A stretch of 64,000 nt of DNA from Propioniciclava sp. (GTDB taxonomy: Bacteria; Actinomycetota; Actinomycetes; Propionibacteriales; Propionibacteriaceae): NCBI RefSeq assembly GCF_047602245.1, contig NZ_JASGHT010000001.1, forward strand, positions 1,463,896-1,527,895, read 5' to 3'. The position numbers and the translations under genes are program-made. Each line of letters begins with the position of its first letter. The first letter of the stretch is position 1. This document shows positions 36,560-44,906 of the stretch, one piece after another. The notes below the pieces were generated by a model. The model worked only from the letters and a program-made list of their open reading frames with translations. It was not told the DNA's origin and ran no database searches.

Positions 36560-37066
36560 ATGTCGCAGTCTCGTCTTGGTTCCACTCGGCTCGTGTCTCT
36601 CGCCGGGACGGCGCTGGTGGTGCTCTACGCCGCCTTCGCCGCCGTGCAGATCCTGGTGCTCAATCCGCTCGCGGCCGTGCCAGGACAGTCCCTTGACCAG
36701 ATCCACGCGGGTCTCGCCGCCCAGGGAGAGACGCTGGCGCCCCCGTTGGTGCTCATCACGCTGGGGATCGGTGTCGCCCTCGCGCTGGCCGTCCTGGTGC
36801 GCTCGTGGCGCCACCACGACACAGACCCCTGGTCGGCGATCCTGTCCTACTCGGCGCTCCTGACCCTGGGCGCACCCGCATATTTCGTGGCCAGTTTCGG
36901 GCCGGGCATGGCGCTCGCGGACGCCTACGGCATCAGCGGAGCCGACTACTCGCCATGGGCGGCGCCGCTGTACGTGATCAGCCTGATCACACTGGTCAGC
37001 ACCGTCGTCGCGATGAACGTCCTGGCCGGCAAACGACGAGCTTCAGGGACGGCGATCACGGCATAG
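36560..37066 (+). CDS. hypothetical membrane protein
   Basis: Internal ATG followed by 4 TM helices. Confidence 0.55.
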   Translation: MSQSRLGSTRLVSLAGTALVVLYAAFAAVQILVLNPLAAVPGQSLDQIHAGLAAQGETLAPPLVLITLGIGVALALAVLVRSWRHHDTDPWSAILSYSALLTLGAPAYFVASFGPGMALADAYGISGADYSPWAAPLYVISLITLVSTVVAMNVLAGKRRASGTAITA

Positions 37067-37190
37067 GCGTCCGTTGGCGAGCGTCAGGGTGCGGTCGCCC
37101 GTCGCGTCCTGTCCGGCGTTCCCGCGGAGCGGGGTTCCTCGGCGAACCGCTCCGAAGCTTGCCGGACGCGGACCCGTGCGCGTACGGAGG

Positions 37191-37274
37191 CTCGCGGAGC
37201 GTGGCACGTTCGCAGCACCTCGCGGAGCGTGGCACGATCACGACATCTCGCGGAGCGGGTCGGTCTCCATCACC
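37191..37274. repeat. 28-bp tandem repeat x3
   Basis: CTCGCGGAGCG(T/G)GG starts at 37191, 37219 and 37247. Confidence 0.7.
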
Positions 37275-37296
37275 GGCATCTGCGCCGAGAGACGCG

Positions 37297-37321
37297 AAAG
37301 CCCCTGACGAGCAGGGGCTTT
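37297..37321. terminator. bidirectional intrinsic terminator
   Basis: AAAGCCCCTG-ACGAG-CAGGGGCTTT; abuts the 3' end of tRNA-Ser. Confidence 0.6.
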
Positions 37322-37325
37322 CACA

Positions 37326-37415
37326 TGGCGGTGGCGGTGGGATTTGAACCCACGGAAGGGGTAACCCTTCACGCGCTTTCGAGGCGCGCTCCTTAGGCCG
37401 CTCGGACACGCCACC
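37326..37415 (-). tRNA. tRNA-Ser (anticodon CGA)
   Basis: 90 nt with a long variable arm, anticodon loop CTCGAAA and an encoded CCA. Confidence 0.9.
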
Positions 37416-37633
37416 GCCGAGAAGGGTAGCAAGCAGGCGCCCTCCGTCGCCAATCGGCGATCGGCGGCACGGACGGCGTCCCTTCATTGGGTGAGGGGAC
37501 GCCCGTCTCACTCGCGCACACGTGGGGCCTCGACCGGCAGGAAGGGGACCGCGAGCTCTACCTAGCTTTCACTCGCGCACGCGGCGGGCTTCGTCGCCCG
37601 AGGTACACACAGTGGCCCGGGTTCCCCACCGAG

Positions 37634-37697
37634 GTCGCCCGGTTTACGCACCGTCGCCCTGGGTGCAAACCGGGCGACGGTGCGTAAACCGGGCGAC
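37634..37697. repeat. 26-bp perfect inverted repeat with 12-nt loop
   Basis: GTCGCCCGGTTTACGCACCGTCGCCC ... GGGCGACGGTGCGTAAACCGGGCGAC. Confidence 0.75.
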
Positions 37698-37861
37698 GCG
37701 ATGCTGCCGCGCCGCTCTGGCCGGAACACACCCTAACCCGCCGGAACCGGGGACGATTATCGGCTCGACCGGCGCCACGAACAACCGGAATTTGCACTCA
37801 GCGGTTCCCGTGCATTACCGTGGAAGAAAGAACGACCGATCAATCACTTCCGGAGGCGGCA

Positions 37862-37990
37862 ATGTTCGGGCAGAAGCGGAACGAGGCGCGCACGGCGCGT
37901 TCGTATGACGCTTCCTTCATGCTGCCCATCGAAGGCACCCCATGGCGCGTCAGCGACGGCGAGCCGAGGCGAAGGAGTGACGTGAGGTAG
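37862..37990 (+). CDS. candidate 42-codon small ORF
   Basis: GGAGG lies 6 nt upstream of the ATG and a strong terminator follows. No family recognised. Confidence 0.25.
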   Translation: MFGQKRNEARTARSYDASFMLPIEGTPWRVSDGEPRRRSDVR

Positions 37991-38013
37991 GTCGATCGAA
38001 CCTGCACACACAG

Positions 38014-38055
38014 GGCCACTCCGCTAGCCACACGGCTTGGGAGTGGCCTTTTTCG
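38014..38055 (+). terminator. rho-independent terminator
   Basis: GGCCACTCC-17 nt-GGAGTGGCC followed by TTTTT. Confidence 0.75.
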
Positions 38056-38072
38056 TGTTCAGGACAGGTCAT

Positions 38073-38145
38073 ACGGACGTAGCTCAACAGGAAGAGCCGC
38101 GGTCTCCAAAACCGCTGGTTGGGGGTTCGAGCCCCTCCGTCCGTG
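38073..38145 (+). tRNA. tRNA-Trp (anticodon CCA)
   Basis: 73-nt cloverleaf: ACGGACG/CGTCCGT acceptor stem, anticodon loop CTCCAAA. Confidence 0.9.
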
Positions 38146-38312
38146 CTGATTCGATGAATCAACATACCGGGCACCATGATGCGTGCCCGAACAGCGGCAA
38201 TTCACCGCCCGGCACCACGCCGGCGCGGAATACCCAAGCGCCCTTTTCCACCACCAAGAGAGCGCAGAAACAAGCACCACTCCCACCCGAGAATACAAAC
38301 AAGGAGAAGGAA

Positions 38313-39524
38313 ATGATCAACGAACTCGGCCTGCCGGTCGGCGTCCCCGGCACGGCCGGTGACGTCCTGATGTGGGCGCCGCTCGCCGAAGTCGACCAGA
38401 TGGCGCTGTCGCAGTTGCGCAATGTCAGCACGCTGCCGTGGGTGCACGGTGTCCGCGTCATGCCCGACGTGCACGGCGGCTACGGGGTGCCGGTCGGCTC
38501 GGTGATCGCAATGCGGCAGGCGGTGTCGCCGTCCGCGGTCGGCGTCGACATCGGTTGCGGCATGGCGGCAGTGAGGACGTCCCTCACGCTGGCCGACCTG
38601 CCCGACGATCTGGGCCACCTCCGCCAGCATATCGAGGACGTCGTCCCGGTCGGGTTCCGCGGCCACGACCACCAGGCACCCGCGACGCGCCGCAACGAGG
38701 CGCTCAAGCGGCAGTTCCAGGTGATGTTCGGGGCCCAGGGCACCTTCAACGATCTGCGCGTCGACATGTCGGCGCGCGAGTCGCGGGCGGTCGCCCAGTG
38801 CGGTTCGCTGGGCAGCGGCAACCACTTCATCGAGTTGTGTGCGGACGCCGAGGGCCGGCTGTGGGTGACCCTGCATTCGGGCTCGCGCAATATCGGCAAG
38901 GAGCTCGCCGAGCGGCACATCAAGAAGGCGAAGGGGCTCGACCACAACCGGCAGCTGGCCGATCCCGACCTGGCGGTGTTCCTGGCGGGCACCGAGCTGA
39001 TGGCCGACTACCTGCACGACCTGTACTGGGCACAGGACTACGCCCTGCTCAACCGGCGGGTCATGCTCGAGTCGGTGATGACGGTGCTGCGCGAGACCTT
39101 CGCGGGCATCGCCTTCGACAAGCCGGTGGAGTGCCACCACAACTATGTCTCCGAAGAGACCTACGACGGTGTGCCGCTGACGATCACCCGCAAGGGCGCG
39201 ATCTTCGCCGGCGCGGGCGCGCTCGGCGTCATCCCGGGGTCGATGGGCACCGGGTCGTACATCGTGCGCGGACTCGGCAACGAGGCGTCCTACTGCTCGG
39301 CGTCCCATGGTGCCGGACGGAGGATGAGCCGTGGCGCCGCCCGGCGCACCTTCACCCTCGACGACCTGGCCGCCCAGACCCGGGGAGTCGAGTGCCGCAA
39401 GGACGCCGGCGTGATCGACGAGGCGCCCGGCGCCTACAAGGATCTCGCCCAGGTCATCGCCAACCAGGCGGACCTGATCGAGGTCGTCACCCGCCTGGAG
39501 ACGCTGCTCTGCGTCAAGGGCTGA
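38313..39524 (+). CDS. rtcB: RNA 3'-phosphate ligase RtcB
   Basis: MPDVHGGYGVPVGSV, GSGNHFIE, HSGSRNIG and SHGAGR motifs; AAGGAGAAGG RBS. Confidence 0.95.
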   Translation: MINELGLPVGVPGTAGDVLMWAPLAEVDQMALSQLRNVSTLPWVHGVRVMPDVHGGYGVPVGSVIAMRQAVSPSAVGVDIGCGMAAVRTSLTLADLPDDLGHLRQHIEDVVPVGFRGHDHQAPATRRNEALKRQFQVMFGAQGTFNDLRVDMSARESRAVAQCGSLGSGNHFIELCADAEGRLWVTLHSGSRNIGKELAERHIKKAKGLDHNRQLADPDLAVFLAGTELMADYLHDLYWAQDYALLNRRVMLESVMTVLRETFAGIAFDKPVECHHNYVSEETYDGVPLTITRKGAIFAGAGALGVIPGSMGTGSYIVRGLGNEASYCSASHGAGRRMSRGAARRTFTLDDLAAQTRGVECRKDAGVIDEAPGAYKDLAQVIANQADLIEVVTRLETLLCVKG

Positions 39525-39575
39525 GCCCGCGGGCGACACCGATGAGCAAGATGAGCAAGAAAGGAGGACGCGGCC

Positions 39576-40082
39576 GTGACCGCACACGTGATCGTCTACA
39601 ACACCGGCGCCGGCCGCGTCCGGCCTGGGGAGCGCGCCCGCTACGCGTTGCGCCGGGTGCCGCTGAAGCATGCGATCGGCATGCTGTTCCGCGGCGTCGC
39701 CCGCGAACTGGAGTGGCTGGACGGCCAGTTCATCGGCCCCTACCGCCGGGTGACCGCGGTCGAGCTGGTCAACGAGGTCGCCACCCTGCTGGTGTACCGC
39801 AGCACCCGCCGGGTGATGTTCTCCAAGCAGAACGTGCTCAAGCGCGACCGGTACCGCTGCGCCTACTGCGGCAAGACCGGCACCACGATCGACCACGTCC
39901 TGCCGAAGGCTCACGGCGGACGTTCGACCTGGCTGAACTGCGTCGCGGCTTGCCAGCCCTGCAACGGCAAGAAGGCGGACCGGACGCCGGAGCAGGCCGG
40001 CATGCGCCTCGACGTCGAGCCGTGGGTGCCGACGCTGGACGAACTCGGCCTGCACACCCTCGGTTGGCACGCGGACGCCTGA
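39576..40082 (+). CDS. HNH endonuclease
   Basis: RCAYCG...DHVLPKAHGG...NCVAACQPCNGKKADR. Confidence 0.85.
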   Translation: MTAHVIVYNTGAGRVRPGERARYALRRVPLKHAIGMLFRGVARELEWLDGQFIGPYRRVTAVELVNEVATLLVYRSTRRVMFSKQNVLKRDRYRCAYCGKTGTTIDHVLPKAHGGRSTWLNCVAACQPCNGKKADRTPEQAGMRLDVEPWVPTLDELGLHTLGWHADA

Positions 40083-40106
40083 GCGGTCCGGCCGTGGGCG
40101 TGCGGG

Positions 40107-40580
40107 TCAGCGGTGTCCGGCGAAGAACTCACGCAGCAGTGCCGCGCAGGCGTCCGCTTCGACACCGGCGATCACCTCGACGCGGTGGTTGAGGCGCGGG
40201 TCGCGGACGATGTCGAACACGGACGCCACCGCGCCGGCCTTGGCATCGAAGGCGCCGAAGACGAGGCGTCCGATCCGGGCGTTGACCAGGGCGCCCGCGC
40301 ACATGGCGCACGGCTCCAAGGTGACGACGAGGGTGCAGTCCTCGAACGACCATCCCCGGTCCTCCGCCGCCCGCGCGGACGCCGCGCGCCGCAACGCCAG
40401 CACCTCCGCGTGCGCGGTCGGGTCACCGGTCAGTTCGCGTTCGTTCCCAGCCCGGGCGAGCACGACACCGCCGGCGTCCAGCACCACCGCACCGATGGGC
40501 ACATCACCGTGTGCGAACGCCGCCCGCGCCTGGTCCAGCGCGAGCCGCATCGCGGGCCACCACCGAGCGCCGCCGGTCAC
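40107..40580 (-). CDS. tadA: tRNA adenosine(34) deaminase
   Basis: HAEVLALR and TLEPCAMCAGAL deaminase zinc motifs. Confidence 0.9.
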   Translation of the reverse strand: MTGGARWWPAMRLALDQARAAFAHGDVPIGAVVLDAGGVVLARAGNERELTGDPTAHAEVLALRRAASARAAEDRGWSFEDCTLVVTLEPCAMCAGALVNARIGRLVFGAFDAKAGAVASVFDIVRDPRLNHRVEVIAGVEADACAALLREFFAGHR

Positions 40581-40655
40581 CGGGTGCGCCTCACCGACGA
40601 TGTCGCACGAACCCGACGCGTCGAGAACGCGCGGCCGGACGTCACGGCGACAACC

Positions 40656-41300
40656 TCACAGGTCGAACTGGGCGGCGACCTTGTCGTAGGCGTCGCTGAA
40701 GCCGAGCTTCTCGACGACGGTCTCCAGGATCTCGAGCGGATCGGCGTCCTCGTCGGAGGTGATCGCCTCGATCTCCAACTCCGACAGACCGGCGTCGGCG
40801 AACAGGTCGAAGTCCCCCACGGGTTCGGAATCGTCGTCCTCGCCCGGCAGTTCCAGGCCGAGGAAGTCGGCGGCGTCGCGGGCGATCGGCCAATCCTGCG
40901 AGGCGGCGATGTCGGACAACAGCACCTCGACCTTGCGGCCGCGCACCCGCACGATGACGAAGAAGTCGCCGTCGATGCTGACCACGCCGACCGCGCCGGC
41001 CTCGCCGGGCACCCGGCGCAGTTCGTCGATCAGGCCGTCGAGGTCGTTGGCCAGCTCCTTGTCGAGCGCGATCGCGGCGGGTTCGCCGTCCTCGCGGTAC
41101 AGCGCCGCGACCAGGTCGATCTCGTCCTCGAGGGCGTCCTCGGGATAGTCGGCGTCCTCGTCGTCGTAGTCGTCGCCGTCGTCGGTGTCCTCGTCGAGCC
41201 CGAGCGCGGTGAAGTCGTCACCGTCCACCTCGTCGACACCCGGCCGGTCGTCGCCGATGTCGGCGAGTTCGGCGTCGAAGTCATCCTCACGCGCGTCCAT
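40656..41300 (-). CDS. acidic tRNA adenosine deaminase-associated protein
   Basis: 214 aa, strongly Asp/Glu-rich, directly upstream of tadA as in many Actinobacteria. Confidence 0.7.
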   Translation of the reverse strand: MDAREDDFDAELADIGDDRPGVDEVDGDDFTALGLDEDTDDGDDYDDEDADYPEDALEDEIDLVAALYREDGEPAAIALDKELANDLDGLIDELRRVPGEAGAVGVVSIDGDFFVIVRVRGRKVEVLLSDIAASQDWPIARDAADFLGLELPGEDDDSEPVGDFDLFADAGLSELEIEAITSDEDADPLEILETVVEKLGFSDAYDKVAAQFDL

Positions 41301-41361
41301 CGGGGACCCCCTTTCCTCGTCGTACCATCGTCGCAGACATCGCGGACTTCGGCACCCCCGT

Positions 41362-42024
41362 TCAGGAGTCGGCCGGCTGCGCCGCGCGCCCGGCGAGGCT
41401 GAGCAGCATCAGCGTCGCGACGGCCGCCGCGACGGGACCGGCCGCCAGCGCGGGACGCACCCACCGTCCGGTACGGCGCACTGGACGCAGCACCGTCACC
41501 GTTCCGACCAGAGTCGACACCGCGGACGCCGCGGCCATCGCGCATACCCGCCCGGAAAGGCGGCGGCGCGAGGTGGCGGCGGCGGTGGCGAGCGCCGAGG
41601 CGGCGAGGGTGATCCCGATGTCGGTGAGGACCGCCTCCCCCTTACTCACCCAGCGCACCGGGCATCCGTCCGAACCCCACGCGCTGGGCAGCGGGTCGGC
41701 CAGGGCGCGTCCGCGCACCGCGTAATGGGCGACGACTGCGGCCAACACCAGCGCGGGGTAACCGGCGGCCAACACGAATGCCTCCTCGGCGGGCGCCGCG
41801 AGGGCACCCTGCTCGGCGTCCTCAGCGTCGATGTCGATCCGCGCGATCACGTCGGCGAACTCCTCGGGCGAGGTGTCGGCGTCCAGCGCCTCGCACAGCG
41901 CGCGGGTGAGCGCCGCGCGGACGGCCTCGGGTGCGCCGGTCTGCGCGGCGGCGACGGACGAGTCCAGCCAGGCCTGGGCCACCGCGCGGGTGGCGGGGGT
42001 GAGCTGGTCGAGCATCGTGATCAT
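41362..42024 (-). CDS. hypothetical membrane protein
   Basis: C-terminal TM helices; no family recognised. Confidence 0.45.
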   Translation of the reverse strand: MITMLDQLTPATRAVAQAWLDSSVAAAQTGAPEAVRAALTRALCEALDADTSPEEFADVIARIDIDAEDAEQGALAAPAEEAFVLAAGYPALVLAAVVAHYAVRGRALADPLPSAWGSDGCPVRWVSKGEAVLTDIGITLAASALATAAATSRRRLSGRVCAMAAASAVSTLVGTVTVLRPVRRTGRWVRPALAAGPVAAAVATLMLLSLAGRAAQPADS

Positions 42025-42067
42025 CGGACCTCCTGGGCAGCCGTCGCGCACACCGTACTATCGGGTC

Positions 42068-42718
42068 ATGGACCCGCGCCTCGCCCACTATTTTCCGCCT
42101 CTCGGCGTCCGGGTCGCATCCGGTCGGCTCGAATTGCGCGGCATCGGCACCGACGAGGTGCTGGCGCTCATCGATGTCGTGCGTGACGGCGTCCATGACC
42201 CCGCGCAGATGCCGTTCTCCTTCCCGTGGACGGACGCCTCGCGCGAGGAGATCCCGCGCAACTATCTGCAGTGGTGGTGGCGCGAATTGGCGACCTGGAC
42301 GCCCGAGGCGTGGAACCTGAACCTGTGCGTGCTGTGGGACGGCGAGGTGGTGGGCGTGCAGAGCGTCGCCACTCGCGACTTCCCGACCGTCCGCTACGGC
42401 GAGACCGGCTCGTGGCTCGGACGCCGCTTCCACGGCCGCGGCATCGGCACGGCGATGCGCCAGGCGATGTGCGCGTTCCTGTTCGACGAACTCGATTTCG
42501 AGTTCATCACCTCCTCGGCGGTGCTCGACAACGCGGCCTCGCTGCGGATCAGCGAGAAACTCGGCTATGTCGACAACGGCGTGGACTGGTCGGTCCCGCG
42601 CAAGGAGCGCGTGTCGGTGCGGCGACTCTTACTGCTTCCCGAGGACTTCCGCCGCGGCGACCCGATCACCGTCGAGGGCGCGGACGCCCTGCGCCGGTTC
42701 CTCGGCGTCCGGGTCTGA
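42068..42718 (+). CDS. GNAT N-acetyltransferase (RimJ/RimL-like)
   Basis: GRRFHGRGIGTAMRQAM acetyl-CoA binding motif. Confidence 0.8.
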   Translation: MDPRLAHYFPPLGVRVASGRLELRGIGTDEVLALIDVVRDGVHDPAQMPFSFPWTDASREEIPRNYLQWWWRELATWTPEAWNLNLCVLWDGEVVGVQSVATRDFPTVRYGETGSWLGRRFHGRGIGTAMRQAMCAFLFDELDFEFITSSAVLDNAASLRISEKLGYVDNGVDWSVPRKERVSVRRLLLLPEDFRRGDPITVEGADALRRFLGVRV

Positions 42719-42721
42719 CGT

Positions 42722-44008
42722 TCACCGACCGGAGGACACCCGGTAGCGCCTGAACGACGGAACAGCGAGCGCGACGATCACCATTCCGAGAACCACGAGC
42801 GCGCCGCCGATCCCGGTCGCGGACGCCGTGCCGACCAGGTCGGCGGCACCACCGTGCAACACGTCGGCGATCCGCGGGCCGCCCGCGACCACGACGATGA
42901 AGACGCCCTGGAGGCGTCCGCGCACCGCGTCGTCGGTGGCGCCGAGCAGGATGCTCTGCCGGAATGCGGCCGACGCCATATCGGCCGCGCCGCCGACCAC
43001 CAGCATGCCCAGCACGAGCCCGAGCATGGCGCGCTGCGCATGCGGCGCGAGGCCGACGGCCACACCGAGCACCGTCATCGCCGCACCCCAGACGGCGACG
43101 CACCACAGCACCGCACTGCCGTGCCGCCGCACCCGCGACACCCAGCCGCCGAAGACGCCGCCGAGCACCGCGCCGGCGGGCATCGCGGCGTAGAGCAGCG
43201 CGAAGGCGAGGCCGCCCTCGGCGGGGCCGCCGAACGATTCGTGCGCCATCTGCGGGAACAGGGCCCGCGGCATGCCGAAGATCATCGCGATCAGGTCGAC
43301 GACGAAGCTGATCAGCAGAATCTGATGCCCGCGCAGGTAGACCAGCCCGTCCCACACCGCGCGCAGACCGGGCGTGCGGGCGTCCGGCGCGCGGTCGACC
43401 GGCAGCGACGGCAACCGCCAGACCGCGTACAAGGTGGCGAACAGGGTGAGCGTGTCGAGCAGGTACAGCCAGGAATAGCCGAGCACCGGGATCAGTGCCC
43501 CACCGACCAGCGGCCCGGCGATGGCGCCGGCCGACATGATGGTCATGTTGAGCGTGTTCGCGGCCGGCAGTTGTTCGGCCGGCAGCAGTTTGGGCAGGAT
43601 CGCCGTCCGGGTCGGCTGGTTCACCGCGAAAAACGCCTGCTGGACGGCGAACAATCCCAGCAGCACCCACACGTTGTTCCAAGCCAGAAAGGCCTGCAGC
43701 CAGAACAGTCCCGAGGTGACCACCAGGCCGGTGGTGGTGATCTCGAGCAGGCGACGGCGGTCCATGTGGTCGGCGAGCGCGCCACCCCACAGGCCGAACA
43801 CGATCAGCGGCACCAGCCCGAACAGGCCGGTGAGCCCCACCATGCCTGAGGACTGGGTGATCGCGTAGATCTGCGCGGGCACCGCCACCACGGTCAGCTG
43901 CGCGCCGATCACGGTGACGATGTTCGCCGTCCACAGCCGCCGGAAGTCCGGATGCCGCAGCGGTGTCACGTCGGCGAACAGGCCCCGCAGCGCGTCCTTG
44001 GCCGTCAC
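42722..44008 (-). CDS. MFS transporter (EntS/MFS_3-like)
   Basis: 428 aa, 12 TM, FRRLWTANIVTVIGAQL N-terminus. Confidence 0.85.
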   Translation of the reverse strand: MTAKDALRGLFADVTPLRHPDFRRLWTANIVTVIGAQLTVVAVPAQIYAITQSSGMVGLTGLFGLVPLIVFGLWGGALADHMDRRRLLEITTTGLVVTSGLFWLQAFLAWNNVWVLLGLFAVQQAFFAVNQPTRTAILPKLLPAEQLPAANTLNMTIMSAGAIAGPLVGGALIPVLGYSWLYLLDTLTLFATLYAVWRLPSLPVDRAPDARTPGLRAVWDGLVYLRGHQILLISFVVDLIAMIFGMPRALFPQMAHESFGGPAEGGLAFALLYAAMPAGAVLGGVFGGWVSRVRRHGSAVLWCVAVWGAAMTVLGVAVGLAPHAQRAMLGLVLGMLVVGGAADMASAAFRQSILLGATDDAVRGRLQGVFIVVVAGGPRIADVLHGGAADLVGTASATGIGGALVVLGMVIVALAVPSFRRYRVSSGR

Positions 44009-44107
44009 CGGATGCCTCTGGTCTCGCTGATCACCCGGGCGAGGGTACTCCGCGGCAGCCCCGCGCGCACCGGGTGGGTCACGCCGGGGCCCACCGCGGC
44101 GGCCGGC

Positions 44108-44824
44108 TCAACCGATCACCTCGCGGGCCAGGGCGGGGTGGTTGGTGACGACGGCGTCCGCGTTGATCTCGACCATCCGCATGATGTCGGACGCCTCGTT
44201 GACCGTCCACACGTTCACGTCCAGTCCCTCGTCGTGGGCGTGCCGGACGACCCGGCGGCGCGCAGACGACAGCGACGGGTGCAGCGCGTGGACGCCGAGG
44301 CGCCGCGCGTACGCCCACGGCTTCCACAGCGGCTGGTCGTACAGCGCGCCGAGACGGACGCCGCCGGTGAGCGACCTCAGGTAGCGCAACGAGTCGTGGT
44401 TGAACGACGACAGCACCACCCGGTGTGTCATCTCGTACTCGGCGATCACCGCCAGGACACGTTCCTCGAGTCCCTTGTAGGCCATCTTGGAGTTCTTCAG
44501 TTCGACGTTGATCACGGCCTCGGTGCCCTGCACCAGCCCGAACACGTCGCCCAGAGTGGGGATGCGGGTGCCGCCGAAGCCGTCGCGTCCGGCACTCGCG
44601 TCGAGTTTCCGCAGATCGTCCAGGCTGTGGTCCGCGACCCAGCCATGGCCGTCGGTGCAGCGTTCGAGCGTCTCGTCGTGGATCACGACCACCTCGTCAT
44701 CGCGGGTGAGCTGCACGTCGAGCTCAAAGCCGTCGGCGCCCTGTTCGAGGGCGAGTTCGAATGCGGGCAGGGTGTTCTCGGGAGCATCGGCGCTCGCGCC
44801 GCGGTGGGCCCAGACCTTGGTCAT
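44108..44824 (-). CDS. glycerophosphodiester phosphodiesterase
   Basis: AHRGASADAPENTLPAF...ELDVQLTRDDEVVVIHD. Confidence 0.9.
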   Translation of the reverse strand: MTKVWAHRGASADAPENTLPAFELALEQGADGFELDVQLTRDDEVVVIHDETLERCTDGHGWVADHSLDDLRKLDASAGRDGFGGTRIPTLGDVFGLVQGTEAVINVELKNSKMAYKGLEERVLAVIAEYEMTHRVVLSSFNHDSLRYLRSLTGGVRLGALYDQPLWKPWAYARRLGVHALHPSLSSARRRVVRHAHDEGLDVNVWTVNEASDIMRMVEINADAVVTNHPALAREVIG

Positions 44825-44906
44825 GACCCCATGCTGACATCCCGGGGCCCGATGAGTAACCCGGACGCAACGCCGCCGGAATATTCGGCTCCTAGGTTCT
44901 TCAGAC

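Noticed and set aside
37191-37274. Possible CRISPR array
   Set aside because: There are only three units of 28 bp, each an 18-bp conserved part plus 10 bp. No spacer-sized unique segments and no cas genes are present. It was treated as a simple tandem repeat.
38073-38312. Y-RNA/Rsr-type module next to rtcB
   Set aside because: No rsr (Ro) gene is present in the window. The tRNA-like sequence folds as an ordinary tRNA-Trp with a CCA anticodon.
38202-40070. 622-aa minus-strand ORF and the 606-aa plus-strand alternative frame (38372-40192)
   Set aside because: They overlap rtcB and the HNH gene, which carry clear catalytic motifs. The alternatives are Arg/Pro/Gly-rich nonsense.
42666-43934. 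422-aa minus-strand ORF and 331-aa plus-strand ORF in the MFS region
   Set aside because: These are alternative frames of the 42722-44008 transporter gene. They are Arg/Pro/Gly-rich and lack hydrophobic helices.
44825-44906. Cobalamin riboswitch upstream of the ethanolamine permease
   Set aside because: The leader is only 82 nt and lacks a B12-box-like core. This was judged by eye only.
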